Assembly (NCBI GenBank): GCA_012800885.1
Contig: JAAZIL010000047.1
Span: 5,887-29,886 of the forward strand
Direction: 5' to 3'
Source: Candidatus Dojkabacteria bacterium
Lineage (GTDB): Bacteria > Patescibacteriota > Dojkabacteria > SC72
DNA length: 24,000 nt
Shown here: piece after piece, positions 1 through 7,754 of the stretch
Layout: every line of letters starts with the position of its first letter
How positions within the stretch are numbered: position 1 is the first letter of the stretch
The notes under the pieces: model-generated
Seen by the model: the letters and a program-made list of their open reading frames with translations, nothing else
Database searches by the model: none
Told to the model about the DNA's origin: nothing
Made by a program: the position numbers and the translations under genes

Positions 1-2
1 GT

Positions 3-80
3 ACCGGTAAAATATCTATGTTATACAGAAGAGAGCAGGGAGAGTATGGTTTGGTTGAGCCTAGTGATGTGGAGGTATAA
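3..80 (+). CDS. C-terminal fragment of an unidentified protein (gene continues upstream of the window)
   Basis: The frame-3 reading frame is open to the window edge and reads TGKISMLYRREQGEYGLVEPSDVEV*, with stop TAA at 78-80. A hairpin follows directly at 84-103. The fragment is too short to identify the product. Confidence 0.3.
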   Translation, partial: TGKISMLYRREQGEYGLVEPSDVEV

Positions 81-83
81 AAA

Positions 84-103
84 AAGGGGCTAATTAGCCC
101 CTT
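84..103. terminator. Palindromic hairpin between convergent genes (likely intrinsic terminator, best fit for the minus-strand gene)
   Basis: Perfect 20-nt palindrome AAGGGGCTAATTAGCCCCTT, giving an 8-bp stem with four G:C pairs and an AATT loop. On the minus strand the stem runs straight into a T-run (complement of A79-A83). On the plus strand the trailing sequence CTTCTTAAT is a weaker U-tract. Confidence 0.6.
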
Positions 104-126
104 CTTAATCAAGATCTGTATATAAT

Positions 127-930
127 TTACTCTTCTAGTTCATTTTTATTAGCTTCATCAAAAAGATTTCTAAAGATATTAACTGTTGCTGTTAGAACAC
201 CGTATTTAGGAGTAGATGTGGAGTTATCTTGAATCTTGTACTCCTGGAATAGGCCTTCTAACCAAGAGTATTTACTGTTCTCTACTTCTTGTTGAATAAA
301 TACCTCTTTTGTTTTCTCTCTGTACTGTTCATAATCTAATTTCTCTCCTTCTTCAAGTTGTGCAGTCTCTGTAGGGAATATAACGTTACTATACTGATCA
401 AAGAATTTCTTTATATCATCATCATCATACTCTAGGGTAGGTTCTAGTATCTTAGTTGCTAATATATCTAATTCTATCTGTGTTTTTAAATCCTTCTCTG
501 TAATACCGTTAGCTAGAAGAGCTGCTTGATAGCTCTCTTGACCACCTACTGATGTAATAATATCATCTAATCTTGCTTGTACTTCTTCCTCAGAGGCAGA
601 TACACTATTTTTCTCTGCTTCTAGTAAAATAATCTTTTCATCAATTAATTGCTTTGTTGTTGATTGGCCGTACTGTGCCTCTAGTCTTTTGTGGTATGCC
701 TTTTTAGATATTCTTGCTCCATCTATTACTGCAATACTGTAACCATTGTTTAGATATTGGAAGAAGAAATCAACAAGGATAAACATAAACAATGCGCCTA
801 AGATAGTAAGAAAGACTTTAAAGAGTTTGTTAGATACTACCTTTTGAAAAGAAGGCTTCTTGAATTTAAGTATAAGGGGGCAAGTTCTTTTCGTTTTTGC
901 AGTACTTTTTTTAGTTTTTGTTTTTTTCAT
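127..930 (-). CDS. Membrane-anchored SurA/PrsA N-terminal-domain-like chaperone with no recognisable parvulin PPIase domain
   Basis: 267 aa. Lys-rich N-terminus followed by one TM helix (LFKVFLTILGALFMFILVDFFF). The region AVIDGARISKKAYHKRLEAQYG...LIDEKIILLEAEKNSVSASEEEVQARLDDI...LLANGITEKDLKTQIELDILATKIL...DIKKFFDQY follows the SurA_N/PrsA chaperone-domain pattern. I could not see a parvulin motif. Confidence 0.55.
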   Translation of the reverse strand: MKKTKTKKSTAKTKRTCPLILKFKKPSFQKVVSNKLFKVFLTILGALFMFILVDFFFQYLNNGYSIAVIDGARISKKAYHKRLEAQYGQSTTKQLIDEKIILLEAEKNSVSASEEEVQARLDDIITSVGGQESYQAALLANGITEKDLKTQIELDILATKILEPTLEYDDDDIKKFFDQYSNVIFPTETAQLEEGEKLDYEQYREKTKEVFIQQEVENSKYSWLEGLFQEYKIQDNSTSTPKYGVLTATVNIFRNLFDEANKNELEE

Positions 931-1006
931 TAAGATAAGAAATAAATTAAAATATCCTTATAGTTTATCTAAAGAGTTTAACAGAAATCTTCATAGTTGA
1001 AAAGAG

Positions 1007-2290
1007 TTAAGGTTTTTGTAGATGGAAATAGGCTGTTCTTAAGCCATTAGAGTGGTATATAACAGCGTAAGTTTCTCCGCACCTATCTACACCCTTATAG
1101 AGTGTACCAGACATAGCAGCATAAATAGGGGTTCCGTATGCACCTTCTGACCAAGGTACAGAGATATCTATTGCTTTTCTTGAAGCAGAGTGATGATCTT
1201 GTGTTAATATGGCAGTTTTACTAATTGGTATTCTCATACTTCCACTTCTTACATAGTAGTATTTCCATCCTGATGCTGTTTGGGCATAATAATCAGGACC
1301 TTTCTTTAGGTAACCGTTCCAAGGGCTTATCTCACCGTAACCTTCATAGAGGCCTGAGCCTATCCTGTCAATAGAGAAATGTAGATGAGGTCCTGTACTA
1401 CATGAGCTTGGTAGTCCTCCCATTCTTCCTATCCAAGTACCTGCATTTACCCATCCGTAGTTTGCCATTTTTTCACCATACAATTGTATATATTTCATAA
1501 TCTCATCATCAATACTGGCTTGCAAACTCCTTGTAGCATCTAAGTTAGCAAGTATCTCTTTTTCTTTTCTCTCTGATTGCGCAAGGAGATTTGTTCTCTC
1601 TACTTTCTGTTTGTCTAAATCTATTTTTTCTTCTTTAAGACGATTATTCTCTTCTTCATTCTCATTTCTAATTATCTGGAGATCAGCCTTTTTCTCAGCG
1701 AGTTGAGCCTCTTCTTCTTCTAGTTGAAGAGTAGTGTCATTATATTCTTGAAGAGAGAGTTTATCTCTCTCTCTTGTTTCTAAGAGATACTTGGTTTTTC
1801 TTAGAATAGTCTCAACATTTTTTATATCCAAGAATAACTCCAAAGGTCGTAGGAAAGAGTATTTATATGATTCTGTTACTCTTTTGTTTACCATCTCTTT
1901 TAACATATTTATCTCCTGAGATAGTAAATTAATATTATCTTCCTTCTCTTTAATCTCTTTGGATAGAAGAGCTATTTCAACATCCTTAGTTGCTATCTCT
2001 AATTCCAGTGTAGATATCACTCTCTCTGCTTGTTCTATCTGTGTATTAATATATTTTATTTTCTCCTGTAGAGAGAGTTGTTGATACTGCTCACTTTTAA
2101 GTCTACCCTCAAGGGTACTCTGTTGTTTGTTTACCTTTGATAACTCTTTACGTAGATAATCTAAGCACTCTCTAGAGGTAGGATCCATTTTAGATGGACA
2201 GATTGTTTTTGCAAAGGAGTTACTAGAACTAAGTAAGAGAATTAGAAGAGAGAGAAGAAGTGTTTTTTTAAAAAAATGTATTTTGTTCAT
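1007..2290 (-). CDS. Secreted coiled-coil protein with a C-terminal M23/LytM metallopeptidase domain (EnvC/PcsB-like FtsEX partner)
   Basis: 427 aa. Signal peptide MNKIHFFKKTLLLSLLILLLSSSNSFA. About 220 aa of heptad-like E/K/L/Q-rich sequence. M23 motifs are GRMGGLPSSCSTGPHLHFSI (res 288-307), RKAIDIS...GTPIYAAMSGTLY (res 371-398) and YAVIYHSNGLRTAYFHL (res 408-424). The start codon abuts the ftsX stop (TAAATG). Confidence 0.85.
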   Translation of the reverse strand: MNKIHFFKKTLLLSLLILLLSSSNSFAKTICPSKMDPTSRECLDYLRKELSKVNKQQSTLEGRLKSEQYQQLSLQEKIKYINTQIEQAERVISTLELEIATKDVEIALLSKEIKEKEDNINLLSQEINMLKEMVNKRVTESYKYSFLRPLELFLDIKNVETILRKTKYLLETRERDKLSLQEYNDTTLQLEEEEAQLAEKKADLQIIRNENEEENNRLKEEKIDLDKQKVERTNLLAQSERKEKEILANLDATRSLQASIDDEIMKYIQLYGEKMANYGWVNAGTWIGRMGGLPSSCSTGPHLHFSIDRIGSGLYEGYGEISPWNGYLKKGPDYYAQTASGWKYYYVRSGSMRIPISKTAILTQDHHSASRKAIDISVPWSEGAYGTPIYAAMSGTLYKGVDRCGETYAVIYHSNGLRTAYFHLQKP

Positions 2291-3220
2291 TTATCCTTCT
2301 TTTAAATATTTTTTTACTGCACTAAAACTACTGAAATATCCAAAGCCTCCACCTACAATTATGTGTGTGAGTAAATAGATTAAGAGAAATGTAATATCAA
2401 ATTTCAACAGAAATGGTAAGTTTAGGTCAAGAAAGAGTTGATTAATCCAGAAAGAGAAGTCTGTCCCTTTAGTATAATATATTACAGTGTACCAAGGTAT
2501 TAAGATAAGTAAGGTAGCAATAAATCCACCTGCAAGACCGTAGAAAGTACCTTCAATGAGAAAAGGTGTACGGATGAATTTATCTGAACTACCTACCAAA
2601 TGCATAATTTCAATCTCTTGTTGATGTAGCTTAATATTAAAGCCGATTGTAACTCTAATAAGGGATACTGTAACAATTGCCATTGCACTAATTAATATTA
2701 TTGAACCGATGTTAATAATTCTTGACAGTGTTTTCATATTATCTACAACCTGTTTGAAGTAGTAGACATCTTCTATGTGAGGGTTAGTCTCTTTTGCTTT
2801 GTTAATTTTTTCAATTATATTAATCAAAGAATCAATATTCTTAGCCCTTATCTCTAAACTAGGAGGTAGAGAGTCAGCTGTTATTGTAGATATTAATTCT
2901 GGATTTTCAGCAAAATCCTCTTTATAGATTTCTAAGGCTTGTGCTTGTGATATATATGTAATTTGCTCAACAGAGGAATCACTATTTATTGTATCTCTAA
3001 AATGAAAAATCTCCTTCTCATCAGTACCTTTCTTAAAAAAGACAATAACCTGTGCTCTCTGCTCAAGGAAATCAACCGTTTTCTGAGTAAGGATTGAGAT
3101 TGATATAAATACGGAAGAGAGTGTAAATACTATTGCAGAAACAAGTATAGTTGAGATAGTTAACCACTTGTTTCTCTTAATATTTTTTGTTGTTACTTTA
3201 AATATTCTTGTATTATTCAT
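2291..3220 (-). CDS. ftsX: Cell-division ABC transporter permease-like protein FtsX
   Basis: 309 aa. Topology is TM1 (LTISTILVSAIVFTLSSVFISISIL), a ~110-aa extracytoplasmic loop, then three C-terminal TM helices. The ATG overlaps the ftsE stop by 8 nt (ATGAATAA). Confidence 0.85.
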   Translation of the reverse strand: MNNTRIFKVTTKNIKRNKWLTISTILVSAIVFTLSSVFISISILTQKTVDFLEQRAQVIVFFKKGTDEKEIFHFRDTINSDSSVEQITYISQAQALEIYKEDFAENPELISTITADSLPPSLEIRAKNIDSLINIIEKINKAKETNPHIEDVYYFKQVVDNMKTLSRIINIGSIILISAMAIVTVSLIRVTIGFNIKLHQQEIEIMHLVGSSDKFIRTPFLIEGTFYGLAGGFIATLLILIPWYTVIYYTKGTDFSFWINQLFLDLNLPFLLKFDITFLLIYLLTHIIVGGGFGYFSSFSAVKKYLKEG

Positions 3221-4148
3221 TTTCTATACTACTTAAATATTGTTTAACAAATTTTGCTAATTCAGTATTCTCTTTTTTACTCAGTTTCATATCCTCTAAT
3301 TCTCTAGTAGTAATATTTATTAATATCTCAGGAGAAGTTAAAGCGTACTGTACAAGCTTCTTTTTTAAAGAAGGACTAAGTTTGTTAAACTCTGGAGAGA
3401 GAGGTAATGTTTTTTTCTTACTCTTAACCTTAGAAGAGATAGTATTTTCTTCCGTTTCTTCTTTATCAGAAGTCATCTCTCTTGGATCAGAATCAAAGCT
3501 TAACTTACCTTCTTCTAATGTAATTGTTCTATCTTTGTTAGAACCATTTAGGAGGTTGAAGTCATGTGATATTACCATTACTGTTGTTCCTCCTTTATTA
3601 ATAGTTTTTAGTATCTCAAGGATCTGCATTGCATTCTCTGAATCTAGGTTACCAGTTGGTTCATCAGCAACGAGAAAATCTGGTTTATTAGCTAGTGCTC
3701 TGGCAATAGCACCTCTCTGTTGTTCTCCTCCTGATAATTCATAGGGGAATAGTTCTCTTCTATCTCTAAGGTCTACTAAGTCTAAGAGATAATCTGTTGT
3801 ATCTTCTATCTCTTTTTGGCTTTTGTTAAGTATCTCAAGAGCAAATTCGATATTCTCTTCGAGTGTCTTTGTATTCAGAAGTTTTATATCTTGGAATACC
3901 ATTCCTATTTTCTGTCTATAGGCAGGAAGGAGCCTCCTAGTTAACTTTGGGACCTCTATCTCATTAAAAAATATTGTCCCAGAGGTTGGTAATTCTTCTC
4001 TTATTAACAATCTCATAATAGTAGACTTACCAGCTCCAGAAGGGCCAACTAAGAAAAGGAATTCACCAGGATCTATACGGAAGGTGATGTCTTCCAATGC
4101 AATAATGTTGTCTTTATATTTCTTTGTAACAGTATCAAAAATTACCAT
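3213..4148 (-). CDS. ftsE: Cell-division ABC ATPase FtsE with a ~93-aa C-terminal extension
   Basis: Walker A GPSGAGKST, Q-loop region IGMVFQD, signature LSGGEQQR, Walker B FLVADEPTGNLD and H-loop VISHD. The canonical domain ends near residue 218 of 311. Confidence 0.9.
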   Translation of the reverse strand: MVIFDTVTKKYKDNIIALEDITFRIDPGEFLFLVGPSGAGKSTIMRLLIREELPTSGTIFFNEIEVPKLTRRLLPAYRQKIGMVFQDIKLLNTKTLEENIEFALEILNKSQKEIEDTTDYLLDLVDLRDRRELFPYELSGGEQQRGAIARALANKPDFLVADEPTGNLDSENAMQILEILKTINKGGTTVMVISHDFNLLNGSNKDRTITLEEGKLSFDSDPREMTSDKEETEENTISSKVKSKKKTLPLSPEFNKLSPSLKKKLVQYALTSPEILINITTRELEDMKLSKKENTELAKFVKQYLSSIENE

Positions 4149-4181
4149 GAGCAGTAGAAGAAATTTATTCTATCCTATATA

Positions 4182-5264
4182 TTACTGTATTCTTAATTGA
4201 GCTTCAAGTAACTCTTCTATATTACCATCTAGTACACTTTCGGGATTTGTAATCTCTATGCCTGTTCTTAAGTCTTTAACTAGTTTGTATGGATGTAATA
4301 TGTAGTTTCTAATCTGACTTCCCCATCCGGCTATAGTGTAGTCACCTTTTATCTCAGAGATCTCTTCTAATCGATTCTCTTCGACTATTCTCCATAATTT
4401 TCCTTTTAGTATTTGCATAGCTTTCTCTCTGTTTTTTAATTGGCTTCTCTCTTGAGAACATTTTACAACTATACCTGTAGGTATATGTGTAATTTGAACA
4501 GCAGAGGATGTTTTGTTTACGCTCTGGCCACCAGGCCCACTTGCTCTGATAGCTTTAAATTCAATATCGGAGTTCGGTATCTGAATATCTCTCTCTAGAT
4601 CCTCCATTATTGGTATTACTTCAACACCTGCAAATGATGTTTGTCTGAGATTTTGAGTATTAAAAGGGGAGAGTCTAACTAATCTGTGAGTACCGTGTTC
4701 TCTTTTAAGTATCCCGTAGGCATATTTACCATAAATATCAATAGAAACAGTAGAGATACCAGCTTCATTACCCTTAACTATATCTGTTATCTGGTATTTC
4801 CAACCTTTTTTCTCTACATACATTGTATACATTCTAAGAAGCATCTCTGTCCAATCATTTGCTTCTGTACCTCCTTGGCCTGAGTGAATAGAGAGAGTAG
4901 CATTATTCTTGTCATACTTACCTGTTAAAAATGTTAGAGATTCAAATTGTAATACCTTCTTTTTAATATTATCAAATTCTTGTTGTAGAAATTCTGTTTT
5001 TTCCTTTTCTTGCTCCTCTGCTAAATTGTAAAGAATCTCTATATCTTCTCTAAGTTTTGTTACAGTATCAATCTCTTCTTTGAGCTCTGCGATCTGGGTT
5101 AATATGTTTTTAGCATGTTCTTGATTATCCCAGAAATTTTCTCGGTTACTCTCTAATTCTAGTGATTTGAGATTATTTCTTTTAGAAGATATATCTAAAG
5201 AAGAGCCTATATCTTCTATTTTTCTTTTCATTTCTTCAATTTCCCTTTTGTTAATTTCTGCCAT
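4182..5264 (-). CDS. prfB: Peptide chain release factor 2
   Basis: 360 aa. It has the RF2-specific SPF motif (RLSPFN) and the GGQ motif (SGPGGQSVNKTSSAV). The frame is continuous from Met1, so there is no programmed +1 frameshift site. Confidence 0.95.
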   Translation of the reverse strand: MAEINKREIEEMKRKIEDIGSSLDISSKRNNLKSLELESNRENFWDNQEHAKNILTQIAELKEEIDTVTKLREDIEILYNLAEEQEKEKTEFLQQEFDNIKKKVLQFESLTFLTGKYDKNNATLSIHSGQGGTEANDWTEMLLRMYTMYVEKKGWKYQITDIVKGNEAGISTVSIDIYGKYAYGILKREHGTHRLVRLSPFNTQNLRQTSFAGVEVIPIMEDLERDIQIPNSDIEFKAIRASGPGGQSVNKTSSAVQITHIPTGIVVKCSQERSQLKNREKAMQILKGKLWRIVEENRLEEISEIKGDYTIAGWGSQIRNYILHPYKLVKDLRTGIEITNPESVLDGNIEELLEAQLRIQ

Positions 5265-5271
5265 ACTGTAT

Positions 5272-5277
5272 ATTATA
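5272..5277 (-). promoter_or_regulatory. Candidate -10 hexamer TATAAT, 7 nt upstream of the prfB ATG (possible leaderless transcript)
   Basis: The minus strand reads ACTAGTATATAATATACAGT-ATG, with TATAAT followed by 7 nt and then the start codon. AT-rich DNA yields such hexamers by chance. Confidence 0.3.
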
Positions 5278-5308
5278 TACTAGTTTAAAATCTTAAGACT
5301 AGTATATA
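5274..5308. promoter_or_regulatory. Perfect 11-bp inverted repeat in the 43-bp prfB/gpmI divergent intergenic region
   Basis: TATATACTAGT (5274-5284) and ACTAGTATATA (5298-5308) are exact reverse complements separated by 13 nt (TTAAAATCTTAAG). The right arm ends on the A of the gpmI ATG. Confidence 0.4.
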
Positions 5309-6954
5309 TGTTTGGGCTATTTAGTAAAAAGGATGGACAGAGAAGTACTAAGAAGGTAGCAGAAGAAGTAAAAAAGTTCTCAGTGATGTTAATTCTTGAT
5401 GGTTTCGGTATTCATCCTGATAGTGAAGGGAATGCAGTATTGGGTGCAAATACCCCATTTTTGGACACAGCGTGGACTTATGGTAGGTCAACTCTAATTA
5501 ATGCTTCAGGTACTTATGCAGGCCTAGCAGCAGAGGAGCCTGGTAATTCTGAAGTAGGACATCTTAATCTAGGTGCAGGGCATGTAGTCTATCAAACTTT
5601 ACCAAGGATTGATGATGCAATTGCTACTCGTGAGTTTGAAGATAATGCTGTAATAAGGGAATCCTTTGATGAAGTTAAAAAGAGAGGTTCTAATTATCAT
5701 CTAGTTGGTGTTCTGAGTGCTGCTGGTGTTCATGGGCATATAAAGCATCTTTTCTCTTTAATGGAATTGTGTAAAGCATACGGTATAGATCCCTTTATTC
5801 ATATTATCCTTGATGGGAGGGATACCCCTCCTAAAGATGGATTCTTGTACTTAAGTAGGCTTAATTCTAAAATAAAGGAACTCGGTATTGGGAGGATCGC
5901 CTCTATGCAAGGGAGATTCTACGGTATGGATAGGGATAGTAGATGGGAGAGAATAAAGTTGGCATATGATGCAATGGTTGGACTCTCTCAAGAAACATTT
6001 ACAGATGCAGTAGTTGCATTACAGAGTGCCTATTCAAACAATGAGACAGATCAATTCTTTAAACCTAGAACTAGGGTAGATTCTAGGGGAAGACCAATCG
6101 GTCCAGTTAGAACTAATGATGTACTGCTTTATTGGAACTTTAGAGAAGATCGTGCAAGACAGTTGAGTAAGGCATTTGTAGATAGGGATTTTAATCACTT
6201 TGTAAGAAGAGCTTATCCTGAGAATTTGTACTTAGTAACCATGACAGGGTATGAAGAGAATATACCAGCTCATGTCGTATTTCCTCCTAAAAAGATAAAG
6301 AAATCAATGGCAAGATATATTGCAGAGAATGGGTATAAGCAGTTGCATATATCTGAAACAGAGAAATATATGCATGTAACATATTTCTTCAACGGTGGTA
6401 TAGAACAACCTAACGAAGGTGAGGACTTTTTTAATATTCCATCTCCTAAAGTAGAAAATTATGCTATGGTACCTGAGATGAGTTCCCCTATAATTAGAGA
6501 TGAGGTTGTAAAAAGGATTAAAGCTGATTATGATTACAAGTTTATTCTTATTAATTTCGCAAATCCTGATATGCTTGGTCATACAGGGGATTACTCTGCT
6601 ACTGTCCGGGCAAATGAGATAGTAGATTCTCTCTGTGCAGATATTACAAAAGCTACATTAGAGAAGGGTGGTTCTATTGTAATAACTGCTGATCATGGTA
6701 ACTGTGAGACAATGATTAACAGGGTGACAAAAGAAGTAGATATAGCTCATACTAATAACCCTGTCCCTATGATTATTCTCTCAGATATAAAGGATATTAC
6801 TCCTCAAGCTGGTACAAAATTAATTAAGGTAGGAACAGGGCCAAAGGCGAATGTAACAGGTCTACTAGCTGATGTAAGTCCAACTTGCCTAGGTCTTGTC
6901 GGTCTGGATATTCCTGATACAATGACAGGGGTAGATTTAAGAGCAATTATTTAA
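5308..6954 (+). CDS. gpmI: 2,3-bisphosphoglycerate-independent phosphoglycerate mutase
   Basis: 548 aa. iPGM hallmarks are LILDGFGI, NTPFLD, GNSEVGHLNLGAG, ILDGRDTPP, FANPDMLGHTG and ITADHGN. It carries about 20 extra N-terminal residues relative to typical iPGMs. Confidence 0.93.
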   Translation: MFGLFSKKDGQRSTKKVAEEVKKFSVMLILDGFGIHPDSEGNAVLGANTPFLDTAWTYGRSTLINASGTYAGLAAEEPGNSEVGHLNLGAGHVVYQTLPRIDDAIATREFEDNAVIRESFDEVKKRGSNYHLVGVLSAAGVHGHIKHLFSLMELCKAYGIDPFIHIILDGRDTPPKDGFLYLSRLNSKIKELGIGRIASMQGRFYGMDRDSRWERIKLAYDAMVGLSQETFTDAVVALQSAYSNNETDQFFKPRTRVDSRGRPIGPVRTNDVLLYWNFREDRARQLSKAFVDRDFNHFVRRAYPENLYLVTMTGYEENIPAHVVFPPKKIKKSMARYIAENGYKQLHISETEKYMHVTYFFNGGIEQPNEGEDFFNIPSPKVENYAMVPEMSSPIIRDEVVKRIKADYDYKFILINFANPDMLGHTGDYSATVRANEIVDSLCADITKATLEKGGSIVITADHGNCETMINRVTKEVDIAHTNNPVPMIILSDIKDITPQAGTKLIKVGTGPKANVTGLLADVSPTCLGLVGLDIPDTMTGVDLRAII

Positions 6955-7708
6955 GAGTTAACAGTAGTAGTATTAATGCTAGTATGATTCTGTATACTCC
7001 AAAAAAGGTTAACCATCTCCTTTTACTATACTTATTCAATACCTTTAAAGTAATATATGTAAATCCTCCAGATACAATTAGTAGTACACAATTAGGTATG
7101 GTACAGAGAGTAAATATACCCTTCTCCATAATTCCATAGAGAGATGCTCCTAGTAGTAGTGGTAAGCCTAGTAAGAAAGAGAACTGCAGAGATGTATATT
7201 TCTCAACTCCTACAAGGATACCCGTAATAGTTGTAATTGCTGACCTTGAAGTACCAGGTAGAAAAGCTATTATTTGAGATACTCCTATTGCTACTGCTTG
7301 TTTCCATGTTACATCTGTTATCTTCTTTTTTCTTCTTTTAATTCTATCCGTTAGTATGATAGCGATTCCCCAAAATAGTAGTGAAAAAATAATAATGGAG
7401 GTACTTCTTAATCTCTCCTCTATAATATTTTTAAAAAGTAATCCGAATATACCAGCAGGGAGTGTAGATAGAAGAACCTTTAACCAGAAAGAGATATGTT
7501 TTTTTTGATATAGCTCTTTTGGGAGAGTTTGTAGAAAGTAGAAAATTAATGCAATTGTTGTACCGAGGTGTAGAACAGAGAGAAGATATGTACCCATCTC
7601 TATATCTAAATATTCGGAGATAAGTATTAAATGAGCCGTACTTGAAATAGGTAGTAGTTCGGTTACACCCTGTACAACTGCTAATATTATTGATTTTAAC
7701 ATTTCCAT
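6947..7708 (-). CDS. uppP: Undecaprenyl-diphosphate phosphatase (BacA/UppP)
   Basis: 253 aa polytopic membrane protein. N-terminal signature VVQGVTELLPISSTAHLIL and second motif LPGTSRSAITI-like (FLPGTSRSAITTITG). Confidence 0.9.
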   Translation of the reverse strand: MEMLKSIILAVVQGVTELLPISSTAHLILISEYLDIEMGTYLLSVLHLGTTIALIFYFLQTLPKELYQKKHISFWLKVLLSTLPAGIFGLLFKNIIEERLRSTSIIIFSLLFWGIAIILTDRIKRRKKKITDVTWKQAVAIGVSQIIAFLPGTSRSAITTITGILVGVEKYTSLQFSFLLGLPLLLGASLYGIMEKGIFTLCTIPNCVLLIVSGGFTYITLKVLNKYSKRRWLTFFGVYRIILALILLLLTLK

Positions 7709-7738
7709 CTTTTCTGATATGCTTGAATGAATATATTG

Positions 7739-7747
7739 TGGTATATT
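7739..7747 (+). promoter_or_regulatory. Candidate extended -10 element TGgTATATT, 7 nt upstream of the 7755 ATG
   Basis: The sequence TGGTATATT-ttactat-ATG has the same 7-nt spacing as at prfB. No well-spaced -35 element is present. Confidence 0.25.
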
Positions 7748-7754
7748 TTACTAT

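Noticed and set aside
3208-3744. 178-aa plus-strand ORF
   Set aside because: It lies entirely antisense to the strongly supported ftsE gene. Its translation is low-complexity and S/L/F-rich, with no motif. It is an artefact of few stop codons on the complement of an AT-rich gene.
5386-5388. Alternative gpmI start at Met27 (VMLILDG)
   Set aside because: It would leave only four residues before the metal-binding Asp of the ILDG strand, fewer than in characterised iPGMs. I kept ATG 5308, although the N-terminal ~20 residues are not conserved-looking.
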